A stretch of DNA of 63,304 nt, counting the filler, from Choristocarpus tenellus KU-1152 (Eukaryota > Protista > Phaeophyceae), in assembly GCA_964200185.2 (NCBI GenBank). It is 10 parts of 10 records of this genome, joined end to end, with 100 filler letters (N's around TTAATTAATTAA, not from the genome) between each part and the next. Parts side by side here need not be neighbours in the genome. Positions count along the whole stretch, not along the records: positions 40,778 to 50,879 come from CAXNAD020003152.1; positions 50,980 to 54,513 come from CAXNAD020019399.1; 8 more parts are not named here. One strand, written 5' to 3'. Position numbers and translations under genes: made by a program. The notes beneath the pieces are model-generated. The model worked only from the letters and a program-made list of their open reading frames with translations. It made no database searches and was not told where the DNA came from. Positions 40,998-54,613 of the stretch are shown here, one piece after another (within the stretch, counting starts at the first letter, position 1; every line of letters begins with the position of its first letter).

Positions 40998-42739
40998 TTT
41001 CTCTGTTCGGAATTAAATGTAACATACCTTTTGCAAGCTCCGTTCTCGTCAGGACACAACCCACGTGATAAACCCTCTGGACTAGGCATAGTTCTCATAT
41101 AGGTTGGGAGGCGTGAAAAATTTGAAATGGTGGGCTTTTATGACTGTGGAGAATTGACAGTGCAAACCCACCAAGTTTCATTTGATGGGATTCACAAAAC
41201 TCGTGAAATTGTGAAAGTGGGTGTATACTGGGATTCCTAGGACGAAGGCCCCCTGTCATTCAAGCAGCTCACTCATCCCATCATTGCCCATCGGTCCCAA
41301 TTCTTCAGCCGAGAAGTCTGTCCAGGGTCAGAACTCAAACACCCCAACAAAGAACAATGTGGTGGCACAATGCCTGGAGGCGAGAGGGCGCGAGACTTGG
41401 ATTCCTCGGGGGACAAAGGTGGCCATCGCCAAGGACTTCAAAATTTCCCGAATCACCCTGTTCCGTCATCTGAAGGATTGTGGCAGCCAGATCGCACAGG
41501 TTTCATGGATCTTGTACGACATCGCGAAGGGCGATGTGGCCAGCGTACAAGTATCCTAAACATTTGGGATGTCCCATTGGTACATTGCACATCCTTCTGC
41601 AAATGGGCAGCCAAAAGTGGAGTCTCCCTTGCCTCGTTGTGGGATCTGTGCAATCATGAGAAGGTGAAAAGAGAAGGTCAAGCGGTGCATTAAGCCAGTC
41701 CTCTCTGACCCACAAGAAGTAAACAGGGTGGTTTTAGCATTAGTCACACGCACTGGAGAGGGGGAAGTGGGGTAATCGTGCACGATCTGTATGACTGGGG
41801 TGCATGTGGACATGAAGTAGCGTTGCATCCTCAAAGATGAGCAAAGTTTGTGATTGCACCCCACTGAGGACTCTCCCAAACCCCCATGGATACAGAATAA
41901 GCATTACATTGCGAAGACGATCTATGGCCCACCCTAGGAAGCTCTCCAACAGGGTGTGGTTATTCCGGAAAATCGAGATCTGGTCAATCGTGGGCACTTA
42001 GGTCGCTCTGTGCTCCAGCAAATACTTCCCCAAGGGCACCAAGGTGCTTGTGCCAGCCACGGTGAATGGGGAGAGGTATTAGAAACTTACGATCGAGTAT
42101 GTCATCCCAGCAATCAAGGCTTACATGCCTAGGCCGGAAGGATACACGATCTTCATGCAGCAGGACAGGGTAAAGCCATACTTCGAGGGGGGGGATCATG
42201 GAGGCAATCAGGAGGCAGCGGGGGATGACATTGTCTTTAGAGACCCAACCAGCCAACTCACCTGACCTCAACGTCAATGTTCTGAGACTCTTTCATTCCA
42301 TCCAGAAACTGAAGGAAGACGTAGGGGTGACCAACACAGAGGAGCTAGTGGAGGCCACATGGAGGCGTTCAATGTGTACCCCGGGGAGACACTAGATTGC
42401 ATCTAACAGAGCCTCTTCGCAGTCTACGGTGAAGTCCTGGGGTTCAAGGGTAACAGCGTCATCAAAATTTGCCAACTTAGGAAGGAAAAGGTTAAGAGGG
42501 CGGGCAAGGTCCTCCCGAATGCCCCGCTAAATGCAGTGAAGTACCGTCCTGGGTTGAAGGTTTGGAGGGCTTCAGGGGAAGAATCATATATAGGTGTAGG
42601 CTGCCCCGTTTTGCTTGAGATTATGATAGGCAACCTATTAGTATCTGCAAAATACACCCATAAAATATTAACATGTGAAAAAAAAATTGCTTCTTCATCG
42701 GGGCTGAAAAGTTGTTACTTTAATTCCAAATTAAAGAAG
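40998..42739 (+). mobile_element. Second, more decayed copy of the mariner at 24147-26391
   Basis: Collinear DNA similarity, eroded TIRs, ETQPANSPDLNVN motif. Confidence 0.9.
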
Positions 42740-43336
42740 TATTTGTTTTCTGTGTTCAACAACAAGAAACTCTTGTGTGAGCTTCGGTCACGAAAATATT
42801 AACTCTGGCGCTATGACAAAACATTTCACCACAATACTAGATGTTGAAATATGACTTGCGGCTTTCAAGCAAACACATAAGGGTATGTGCAAAACCAGTA
42901 CTCACTTCCCACCTGCAATGGTTATTCAGGAAAAGGTTGCTACTGTGAGATTACATGCAAAAGTTAGAAAGATATAACGAGTAGCAGGTGAATGGTAGGA
43001 AATATGTGGTACCTGGCAAGTGCTTCCTAGTAGATATCCGCAAGAATGCCTCGTAACCCTCCTCAATAGCCCTAACACCCTCATCATCACTTTCTGAACC
43101 TAGCTCAGAATCATGATCTATCTCTGTTGTGGTCGACGCTGCCACCTCCAACAAAATATATATCATCACCATCATATGAGTGTGGCTCGCAACAAATCCT
43201 TCCGTGTTCTAGACTTTCCATCTCCTCTCCTCATGCCTCCATTGTTCCCTACACGACATTAACACTCCATGTGTGGTGTGCCTATACCACGGACGGAGCA
43301 GGAAATAATTATCAGGACGACAATCACATGAGTAAT

Positions 43337-43595
43337 GAGTCAAACTATCTTAGAGGGTAGAGTCAAGTCCATTTGGGGTCCAAAATCCAATGTTGCAATC
43401 TTGATGTAATTTTGGCTGCTATAATGTTAGGAAGTGTCAATATCCTTGTTCCGGACACACGTTTTCATAACGTATCCATTTTACCTACTCCGAAACATTT
43501 TGGAGTGGGTAAAACGTCATTAAAAGAACCGTGGGAAGTCAAGTCCCAAATGGACAAACAGGGAAAAACTCGTACCCTCTAAGATACTTTCACTC
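43337..43595 (-). mobile_element. Sola-like MITE, copy G
   Basis: TIRs; perfect TSD TAAT. Confidence 0.95.
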
Positions 43596-45271
43596 TAATG
43601 GCCTTGTCCAGGATTCAGTCACTGTAGGATATCCTGGGGAAGCTATTATTGGCAGAAAGGATCAAGGTCAACTTCGTAGCTTACACAAATGAAGATCTCA
43701 GCAGGGGCTACTTTGGGATCCATCTTTGTTGCTACGATGGTATTGTTTGGTTTACCTCCACCTCCATTGCATTCTCCACTTTGAAGGATGTATGTGATGT
43801 ACCTTTACATTTGATCGGGAATTTTTGAATGCGCTGCGAGGTTTAATCCCAGGGCACCTCAGAGTGAGACCTTGAGGCTGTGCCAGCGACTGGCCTGGGA
43901 ATGTTTCATGTTTTCTTGCAGGTTCTGAGCGAGAGGTGATAGTAATCTATATCTGCACCTGGATTCACAATTATTCGAAGTGGTAGCTAGCAAGTCAACT
44001 TTGGTGGAATCCCTTGGTACTGGGGTCATAGTTACTTTCCCTTCCTTTCGCATTCCCTTGTTTAGCTGGACGAGGTGCTGAGATCGACTGACCTCATTTA
44101 TCTGTGAGCGCTAAACATCCTCCCTCTAGCAGGAGTGTACCTGACATGGACAAGGATTGTTACTGGGACCCTACCACTGGTTGGTATCAGAGAGGTGGAC
44201 CAACGTAAGCGTCCTGCGTGAAGATTAAATATAACTTCTGGCTTGTTGTCGCTGTCTCGTACAAAAACCTTCAAACTTCCTTAAACGGACGCATCTGAAT
44301 TTCATCACACAATAGGCCTTGCTCGTTGAGTTCTCTACTCACTGGATGTCGTAAGGATGGTTCCTGAACGATATTTTAATATCTGCTCTCCCTACCATTG
44401 AGGCAGACAAAGACAAGAAGTATATTGACCTCTTTAATCTATCTGCTTGCTATTACATAATAACTTCATCGAAGAGGGTGAAATCACGCCGTTCTTGTTT
44501 GTATCCCTTACACAAACTCCTTCCTTTCTCAGGCACTGTGAGGGACAGTCAGTCACCTATGGAGTGAGTGATTTTCTGCGGATTGTTATTTTTACCTCCC
44601 AAAGCGACAATAGTATGATAGACACGTGTGAAAGCCATCCTCGTTGTCTTTCTGGCGCATCACTTGGACCACATTGTAACCACGAACAGATGTCAATCTA
44701 CCATGTATGTCCAAGAGAACGTAATGATTTCAAACTAGAAATTCCGTATTGATTTGTACGCTTGTTTTTCACTCCATTTTGTTGATCGATGTATCTCATG
44801 TAGATATCGATGTCCTTTTATAACACCAATAAGTGATAAAACGAATATATCTCCGAGCGGCAAAACTTTTCTCACAACTGTATACTCCATTTTCTGCACT
44901 GGAAAATTTCTATGGTACAGAGTGTTGGATGCTATACTATATTGTCAGAATATATTCTACGGTCTAACTTTTATTTCACTATATATTCGATAGATATTGA
45001 AAGTTGAAATTTGAAAGTTGAAAGAACTTTTAGAATGTAGATATGACTTGAAGTATTCATCTCCCATAGAATTCCTAGAATGTTCTGATCGAACCCTGGA
45101 CAGCTTTAAATATCCACTTGAAACTTGTCTTGAGATGGTATCCCAATTCAGGTTTAGATCTGATAGAGAGGTGTATCTACCTCGTCAGCATGCGTAGTAG
45201 GGAAGGATACCATTAGGCGCTAGACCCTCGTCTAGAGGACTGGTTCGAATCACCATACTAGCAATACCAAA

Positions 45272-48200
45272 ATGTTTCAAAACGTTGGAGAATTGGGTCT
45301 ACTGGCTGTTCTTGTGTTACAGCATTTGAGGTATTTGTCAGCTGTCATTTGCCCAACAACCAGTGAACCTCTTCGAGTGGTCGACACACCTGGAGCAAAA
45401 AAACTCTCAGCCGCCGTTAATTGTACAGGGGGTACCGTAGATGCAGTTTGGGTGGGATTGGTTATAATTGATGGCACCATCGAGGTTGGTCAGGGTACAG
45501 TACTCAACATTGTTGGAGAGGTGGGAGACGGAGGAACAGATGCAGTCGTACAGGGCGCCTCTTCAGCTCGCATCTTTGAGGTGCGGACTGGGGCTACGCT
45601 TCAGGTAAAAAACGCAACGATTCGTGGAGGACTAGCCGACGCAGCTGGTGGAGGGGGTATCAGGTGTTCTGGTGCCTCCCTTATCCTGGAGGACTGTGTC
45701 TTAGAATCGAATGAATCGAATGGGTCGGGTGGCGGGATATGGATGGAGGAGAGTACAATCGTTGTTACGGGCGGCTCATTTGTGGGGAACACAGCGGAAG
45801 AAGGTGTGGGTGGGGCGGTGCATGCGATTAAGTCCAACATAACCATGGATGGCGTTCAACTTGGGGGGAACAGAGCTTTGGAAGGGGGAGCGATACATGT
45901 GGTGGGTGCGAACTTCGAGTCTCAGGGAGGAACGGTCTGCTCCATAAGGGGTTCCACACTGAATGGCAATATTGCCACAGTACCACTGAATGTGTACCCG
46001 GATCCGGATCTGCTTCCCGCGTACGTTTCAATGCCGGGAGGAGGGGGTGTATACGTGGGGAACGCGACCCTGGATGTGACCGATTGTGCTCTGATTTACA
46101 ATGTTGCAAATAGCTCGGGTGGCGCCCTGAACAGTAACAGCGGTGCAGTAACAGTAATGGGGAGCGAGCTAAGAGGCAACAGGGCCCTGGTCGATGGAGG
46201 CGCTGTACTCGTCAAGGATGCTTTATTCGATGGCAACACGACAATGATTGAGAATAATGCAGGGAATGACGGAGGCGGGGTAAGCTCTCCCCCTCTTTCC
46301 CACCTGCCTTGCTTTTTTAACCTTGTTCCGATGAAGTAGCAAGTGTAGAGACAACTTAATTGGTTTGGCCTGCCTTCAGTACCCACATCTTGTCACATAG
46401 AAGAGATTTTGGAAATCCATCTGACGACATTGTCTCACTCGCTCAAGATGTCTGGGCAGTGTGATTCTCTGATGTGTTGCTATGTGTTGTTGTAATGAGC
46501 GTAAGCATCAATAGCGAGCAGAACAGAATCAAACTATTGAGAGTGTTTTGGGCTGGTTCAGTGACAGAGGGTGGGTGTGAGAACATACAAGATGCTTCGA
46601 TAACATGGCACCAATAAAACGTTTTGGCTGGTGTTCCTCTTCTTCGTTTGTCATTGTCACTATGGTAGTGAAGTGTGCATTCACAGAAGTTTAGTTTGGT
46701 CTGGGATAAAATGTGTGCGCTCGTGCGTCGGTTCTTGATTACATTTACTACACCTGCAGTTATGATCCAAGTCTCCCACGCTTCCCCACCCCACCTACCT
46801 GACACGGCTCACTCTTCTGGTTTTTCCACCTGGTCCAGATCTTTCAGCGCCCGGGTGATGGTACCATGGTCATAGGTGATGTGCTTTTTACCAATAATGA
46901 AGGGAAAAAGGGGGGTGCAGTTTTCGGGTATGGGGTTGTAGAGGTGTTCGAAGGAACGATCATGAATGGGACAAACATTGCACATGATAAAGGAGGGTGC
47001 ATCTATTCCAAAGGGGGTAGCAACTTCTCTATCTATGGGGGTACTTTCACCGGTTGCCACGCAGAGGAGAATGGTGGCTTCTTGTTTGCGTCGGCTAAAT
47101 CCGTCGTGATAATGTATGATGGAACTGTGGATAGTTGCTTGGCAGAAAGAAGAGCTGGTGCGGTAAGTGAGCGTCTGCGTCCGTGGTTGGGCTGGTCGTT
47201 GGGTGTAGATGTGCTTGTGTCGGTTTCTGCTTACATGAAAAAGTGTTAAGAAAGGGTCGGTAGAACAATACATATAACAGAAAGGGGTATCGTCTAGTTT
47301 CTTACTATTACTCCATAGCAACGATGTTCAAGGGAGCTGTATGTACACTAAGATCATCCCAGAATATACGCTTGGACTGGAAGAGTAGAAGTCTTCAATA
47401 CGAATGCATGCATTGGCAGTGTCTTTTTGCTTCTCGTTTCTTAGCTCTAGGATAGTTGGAAATTGCTCACTTTTTCTCCATAGGAAATCTTGATACTGCG
47501 AATATCTCCTGTTTGGTAGATCAACTGTATATATAGTCTACTGTAGACGTGTTGTATCCAACCATAAGAATCGATTTTCAATATTGTATTGCTATCTGTT
47601 GTGGAGGATTAATATTCCTATATTATCCATGGACAACCAAAGTATCCTGCAGTTGTAGGTTTGTCGATGAGCTGCGGTCATTACTCTGCCATTACTCTTA
47701 CACATTACTGCTTTGGTGAGCAAGAAATTTGTGCTAAATCACCTCTACTCTTTTCTAGTCTCTGTACTGTACTTTCAATCTTTCTACTGGTTTTGCCTGT
47801 GGCACACTGTTCATCCCCAATAGTATTTTCCTTACCGTGTGCTGTTGGATATATGCTCTTCGGTAAGATGTATGCCTCAGGAGATGATGAAGGTGGGCTA
47901 GGCGCTAGTGTTACCGTCAGAGGTGGAACGTTCGTGAACAACACTTCTTTAGAACTGGGAGGGGGATTTGTGGCGTGGGGAGCAACCACTATGATCGTGT
48001 TTGCAGGGGGGCAAATAACCAATAGCTCTACCAGGTGAGAGCTTCTTCTCATTATGGCTACCCCCCGAACTTCCTCTTGTGAGAGTTATGGCATAGGGTT
48101 AGGGCTGGGGTTGAGGTTCAAATGAGGTGATAGGGTCCGAAATGTCTAGCCAAGTCTAGTCAAGTCTAGCCAAGTGTTGTCCCCTTCCCTGTTAATGTAT

Positions 48201-49646
48201 AATGCTCGAACGTAAGGTATGATACGTGGTTTGAAGTTCAAGATGTTTTGTGTATCCTCGGTACTAAATCTGGAATAACCTCGTCCAATCGCTACCTTAA
48301 TTCTGCAATCTTTGTTAGATTTTTTGGGGGCTTCCTTTTCCTCGAGGAACAAGCCAGCGTCAACTGCACAAATACTGTGGTGGAGGGAAGCTTGTCTGGT
48401 GATCAGGGAGGAGGTCTTTATGCACGTGACGCCACCTTCATCTATTGGGCATGTGACCTTATTGCCAATGATGCTCCACAAGGGGCTGACATGTACCTCA
48501 CTCAAGTGAGGGAAGTTAATATGGTTGACAGTCGAATAGACCACCTCAGCACAACCAGATCCAGCAACGCCGTAGACATTACTGGCAGTCATGTTGTGGC
48601 CAATGGGGTCAAGCTCGCTGGGAGTGTGGCATCTGGGACAGACATTGCAGTGCAAATGGATGCCAGCTCTTCGTTCTTGGCAATGGACTGTGTATTCAAC
48701 GGGTGGCAAGGGGACTCTATACTACAGAACGATGGGGGAGAACTGGTCCTGGAGGGTTGTGACTTTAGCGGGAGTGCAGCTAAAGCTGCAGTCTCCTCAG
48801 TTTCGACAGCGGTCATCCGGAATGCTGTAGTGGGCGACCAGACTTTCGAGATGGCCACTAATAACATGGCCTTGGTGGATAATGCGCTGACTTGCTCGGA
48901 CTCCCAGTCCTGCAGTCCTGGGGTTTGCCTGGATGGAGAGCTCGGCGTTTACTGCCAGTGTTACGCTTCACTTGTCACAGGGAAGGAGGTGTGCATGGAT
49001 GGAGGCGGCAATATCACCATGTGGGTTTCAAAGGCTCCAGACGTTGTCACGTACTGGCCAGCAATGGTAGAATTTACGTTGGCAGTTCATGCTCAGGGAG
49101 GTAGTGAACCCGTCCTCTGGAACATTTCCACGTCATCCAGCGACTTCAACATCTCGCTATATCCGTCCAGTGGCATGCTTCCCCCTGGGTCAAGCGTGTC
49201 AGTAAGGGTAGAGGCATTGCCTGGGTTGGAGATGGGTGGAAACCTAACTACTTCATTCACAGCGGAAGGGTTTGCACCGAGGACAACAGCCAGTGTGGAT
49301 GTGCTGGCCACATATTTCCTCTGTAGGGCCTTTGAGTACGCTGATTTTCGCGTTCAGTCTGTCACAGACTTACCTGGGATACCCTCATCGGAGCCAGAAG
49401 GGGAATTTGAAACAGAAGAGGAAAATGAAGTGGAGTGCACCCAGTGTGCAGAGATTGAGGGGGCAGATGGTGTTGATTGCTCTACTCCCGGGGCCACCTT
49501 GAAAGGTCTGCCCTTGAAGGATGGGTACTGGCGAGCTACCACACAATCCTTGGTTGTCCGTGAGTGCGTCAACAGCGACTCCTGCGTTGGGGGCACTCTT
49601 GTGGTGGATTCTGATGAGTACTGCGCCAGTGGCTACCTGGGGCCTT
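45272..49646 (+). CDS. Secreted or membrane Pmp/adhesin-like beta-helix protein, 3'-incomplete. Exons 45272-46279, 46839-47162, 47868-48034, 48319-49646
   Basis: Signal-peptide-like start; repeated N.A..GGA(I/V/L) units; EGF-like CSPGVC...YCQC; Cys-rich GYWR...EC....C.GG...YCASGY.GP; GT-AG junctions in phase. Confidence 0.85.
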
Positions 49647-50221
49647 GTGAGTGCATCGTTTGAACTGTGCTTGTAGTATCCTCAACTCTATGATCCAATG
49701 ATGGCAATAAATCTCATATTCATGACTCTGACCTCCCTCCTAAAGGGAACATGCAAATATTTTGGAATAAAAGAATTCTGTATTCATTTCGTCTTCCCCT
49801 CAGATATACTGTTTGAGCATCAGTCATCAACCTTTCCTTTTTCATGCCACCCAATATACAATATGGCGTTTAATCAGGGTACATCCAAAACGATTGCAAT
49901 CCATGTCTAGAGCTCTAAGACTACATAATTGTTACTACTATTAACGCTACTTACAGAAAAACCTTTTAAGTTTCACTTTTGCAAAGCATTGGAGTACAAC
50001 ATATGTTATTAGCTATTGTTGCTAGAGGCAAATATGTAGATATCCATAGCTATTGCGATACTACACCCCTTCCCTACTAACTTTATTGGACGAGAAGTAC
50101 GTCTTCACAGCCTTCATGAGCAAATTTACCCAAAGATCGCACATCTATACATATATATCTAGCTTAATCATCACAATTATGCAAAGGCACGAACAGATAG
50201 CCTCTAGTACAGCCCACCCTA

Positions 50222-50481
50222 GGTGTGAAAGTATATTAGAGGGCACGATTTTTCCCCTGTTTGCCCATTTGGGGCTTGCGTGTCCGCGGATTTCTTATAA
50301 TATTTTATGTACTCCAAAATGTTTCGGAGTAGGTAAAATGTATACGTTATGAACAGGAGTGTACGGAACAAGGATATTGACACCTCCTAACAAAAATGAT
50401 AGCCAAAGTTTCATCAAAAGTGCAATGTTGGATTATGGCGCCCAAACGGACGCGGCTCTACCCTCTAAGATACTTTGACTC
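50222..50481 (+). mobile_element. Sola-like MITE, copy H
   Basis: TIRs; flanks CCTA/CCTA. Confidence 0.92.
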
Positions 50482-51023
50482 CCTACCTTGGCACAGCTCA
50501 TCCTTCCTGCATGAACCACAGTCCCAGCAACAGACCCAACCCGTCCCTTTCCTCCTGGTGCTGCTGGAGTATCGTTGCTGCTAGCTGCCGGGAGTTCTCC
50601 TTTCCCCAGTATAACCGCATGGGTTTACCCAGGCACATCCCCCTGCTGTTTCGTTCCTTCACTACCTGGCGGAGATTTCCCTCCTCGTTACCCCCTTGGC
50701 GCATCCCCCCTGATAGTATCGTGCCCTGCACACTATCCCTACCATAGAAGGTCGGCAGTAGTCCGTTATGGTTGCATGAATGTTTATCTTCTCAGTTTCC
50801 CCGGGGGGCTTAGACCCAAAGTATCTGGGAGGGGAGGGGGGGTGTACACCAGGGTGTCCATTTGGACCAAAATCAGGAANNNNNNNNNNNNNNNNNNNNN
50901 NNNNNNNNNNNNNNNNNNNNNNNTTAATTAATTAANNNNNNNNNNNNNNNNNNNNNNNNNNNNNNNNNNNNNNNNNNNNCCCCACCCCCCTCCCATTCAA
51001 CCCCACAATGATTTTTGCGACAG

Positions 51024-52358
51024 GCTACGTGGCCTGATGCAGAAGTAATTGCCAACCAGTGCAGCAATGATGAGCTTTTCCTGTGCTTCTATCGGGAATT
51101 GCGGCTACGACATATGTTTGCTAGCTCCTCCTCCAAGGTATACGATCAGAAAAAAACGCCTCCCAATAGTAGGTATCATGTGCTAATGTAGTATGTTTTT
51201 GATTGGACAAGGTTAGTCATTGGAGTTGTGGGTGTGGGGAGATTGGAAGGAAGGAGATTTTGGTGGGAATGGGAGTTGCTAGGTATGTGGGCAGGTTTTT
51301 TGCTAGGTTTGTTGTGTCTGGGGAAGTGATGGATTGAGTCTGGGTGCCAATGTCTGTTGTGAGGGGGGCACCCCCCCCCCCCCCCCCCCCCCCCCCCTTT
51401 TTTTATTGGGGTGTATTTTTTTGTTTTGTTGTGTGGAGGGGAGAAGGTTTTTTTTTTTTTTTTTTTTTTTTNNNNNNNNNNGGGGGCCCCCCCCCCCCCC
51501 CCCCAGCCTAGACTGTTTCAATGATGATGTAATATCGTTGCTCTTGTGGAATGGAATGGAAACTGTTCCTTTTGTGTTATCTATGATCTGGTAAGGTTGT
51601 AGATGAAAACGATGAAATTGACAAGGGTGAGCATGTTCTAGATATTGTAGATAGGCATAGCTTTGCTCTTTTTATAAGATCCCTAACCCTTGACCTCCAC
51701 GTTAAGTTCTTGCTGGGCAGTTACATATTGTTTGGATGTGGTAGTAGTGTGCATCAATAACAGAATGGTCAGTGGTCGTGGGCCTCCTGTGTGTGACAGG
51801 ACTTGACTTGTCCGAAACTTTGCTTGATCACGATGGGGGAGTGAAGGCTACCTCCTCTACAGTAGACATGAGGTAGTTGCTCCGATCGCCTTTCCATGCT
51901 AGAGGAAATCCCTGCCCATGCACTACCATGTTGAAAGTGTGTGTGTTTTTGCATTTGCATGCTGTATCATATGCTATTGAGGGTTGTCAACTTCAGTACA
52001 CCCCCATACCTTTTGTAACCCATATTGCAAACACCAAAGTCTGTGGCCTTGTAACTGTGCTCTATGGCCCATTGCCTCTTCTGTCATGATCTATCAGGTT
52101 GGAGTTAAGGAGTACTTGGTTTCTTGGGAGAACTACTGCATGCTGTTTGATGCCCTACTGGATTGCCGTGACACTAGCTTTGTTATCACTTCCCAGTGGG
52201 CATTTGACATGGTACACGAGTTTGTCTACCAGTTCCAATCGTTCTGCCAGCTGAGGGGACAGGTGCACTGACTTAGAAAAAGTATTTTAGAAAATGTTGC
52301 ATCTTTTCCCTTCAGTGAGCGGCGATCTGAACATTAGTTTGTGTTTGGTCTCTGCATG

Positions 52359-52399
<41 letters not shown>

Positions 52400-54444
52400 G
52401 CTGCTGCTACTGCTGCTGCTGCTGCTTTCAACAGTGCCTGAAAGAATCTCACGTTCAATTTTTTTTTCTGTAGAGTTTTTTTTTTTACGACAGCATTGTT
52501 GCGCAGTGTCAGGGTCTCTGCCAAAGCTGCACTAGCATGCACGTGGCTCTAGTGTAGTATTGATAGGCTACACTTTTCTTGTGCCTGGCGATGGTGTAAT
52601 CTTGTGGGTCATGCACAGGCTTCTTGAGCCACCTGTGGGGGGATTGTGGAGGTGCTCCTCCTGTGTAATTGAGGTGGCAATGAGGGGAGGGTGACTAAGA
52701 GGGTGTGTGTGGAAGTGTATGCTTTGAAGCTGCTGCTGCTGCAAGGCCATTCAGTTGACTGTTGTGGAGTAGGAAGGCGTTTCCATTACTGCATCTCACT
52801 GTACAAACGCAAATAGGGGGCAGACCTGGCGAAAGAGGTGCAGTAATAGGTGCCTATTTTATGACTTGAAGCATTTGATTTCTAAAATCTCGTCGCCTTT
52901 CTGTTTTTACCCCCAGTGCAAAAAAAGAGAATTGCTTGTGTAATACACACCCATGCCTGTTTGTGCCGCCCTTCCCTTGTTTGCAGCAACGTAGTGGGGG
53001 GGATGAACTGGAAGATGCATGGGCGGTCCAGAATGTCATCTCCTACCTCCACGGGCTAATCAAGGTCTCCAATGTCGTCCCCATCCTTGAGGTGAGGCCT
53101 GGTGTGAGGAAGGGATGATCCTTCCCCCCTTGGCTGGTGGTTGTGGAGTGTTGATTCCATTCCCTGGTTGGAAGGGGCGGTTTCATGTGATGATCAAGAG
53201 CTTCTCTTCTAGACTACTAGATGCCATTAGGAAAAGTTCATAATTGATGCAGTTGATTTTCTTCTTTCCTCCCCCCCCCCTGCCCCCTTCTATGTGTCCC
53301 ATTGTTTGGTTTTTTTTTTGGTGATAGTGCACTTCATACCGTTGTTGTGAATGTTACAGTTCAATTCAATCAAACCTCTCCAAATCGAGAGCGGAGACTG
53401 AGGGGTGACCTTGGACCAGTTCTTCTTGTTCACACAGATGGGTGCTTGTGTCACAGAACTCGGCCCTTTGTGCACACGTTTGGTTCGGTCCGTGCGCTGT
53501 GTCAAGTTTTCAATTATATTCTTAGGCGTTTCATCGATGAGTTAGGGTTAAGGGTTTATGGGGTGGTGAAATGCGTAAATTTGAGTTGACCTAACTTGGC
53601 ACTCGTGAATGGTTCAATTCACACAACCCTACACTGTACGGTGTTGGAGGTGTTGGTAGAGATTATTGCGTATCGTAGAGGTCAAGGCAATAGTGTTTAT
53701 TCTTCTGCCCGGTGTAACCCCCCCCCCCCCATTCTCTCAACCTTTTGTGTGTTCCATGACACCCTGATCTCACTGCCATGGTTTGTGTTGTGCAGGCACA
53801 AAAGCGTCCGTTGGCTGGTATAGCAGTGCCCACAGCCCCCTCACAGTTACATCAGATGATGGGGTACTTTTCGATTGTCGGCATGTCCCGGCTACAGTGC
53901 CTGTTGGGAGACTACTACGAATGTAAGAGGGCTATTTATCACAGAATAGCTAGTTTTACTGAGTTGAGAGGAATGGTCAATAGGAGAGGAGTAGAGGAAT
54001 TGAAGCTGTGGCGTTCAGTGATCTTGAGGTCAAATCAATGCTATGGTACCATGGTTGATTTCCAGGTCTTTTGAGGGGTAGGGTTTTGTCACCATCGTGT
54101 CTTTCCAAATGTCTGGTTGTTGGCGTGACCTTTTGTGCACCTGGTCTCCCTCCCAGTTGTTGCTCTCGCCTGTTAACGTGTTATCCATTTGTAGAATGGG
54201 TTGCGTTTGCTCTTGATTTAGAGCGCTGACGCTCTCTCTCTTTTTCTCTCTTTTCTTTTTTTACGTTGGTTATGATTGTGTTGGTGTGTTTGCAGGTGTC
54301 AAGGTTCTAGAGCCGTTGGACATCACGGATAAGAACGAGCTCTTTGCTGCCAACCTGCTGTCCCTGGTCACTGTTCACCACCACGTTGGCGTTTCCTTCC
54401 TCATGCTCAGGCGTTACAAGGACGCTGCCCGGGTACTTAACGAG
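51024..54444 (+). CDS. EIF3L: Eukaryotic translation initiation factor 3 subunit L, internal exons 51024-51137, 52098-52262, 52987-53091, 53796-53922, 54296-54444
   Basis: SWENYC.LF, W.FDMVHEFVYQFQSF, GYFSIVGMSRLQCLLGDYY and FLMLRRYKDA motifs; GT-AG junctions in phase. Confidence 0.93.
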
Positions 54445-54613
54445 GTGATGAAGAGCGCAAACTGAGATTTTGTAAGGGGTGGGGGGGAGTGATACGTTGC
54501 TTGTGTGGGGGCANNNNNNNNNNNNNNNNNNNNNNNNNNNNNNNNNNNNNNNNNNNNTTAATTAATTAANNNNNNNNNNNNNNNNNNNNNNNNNNNNNNN
54601 NNNNNNNNNNNNN

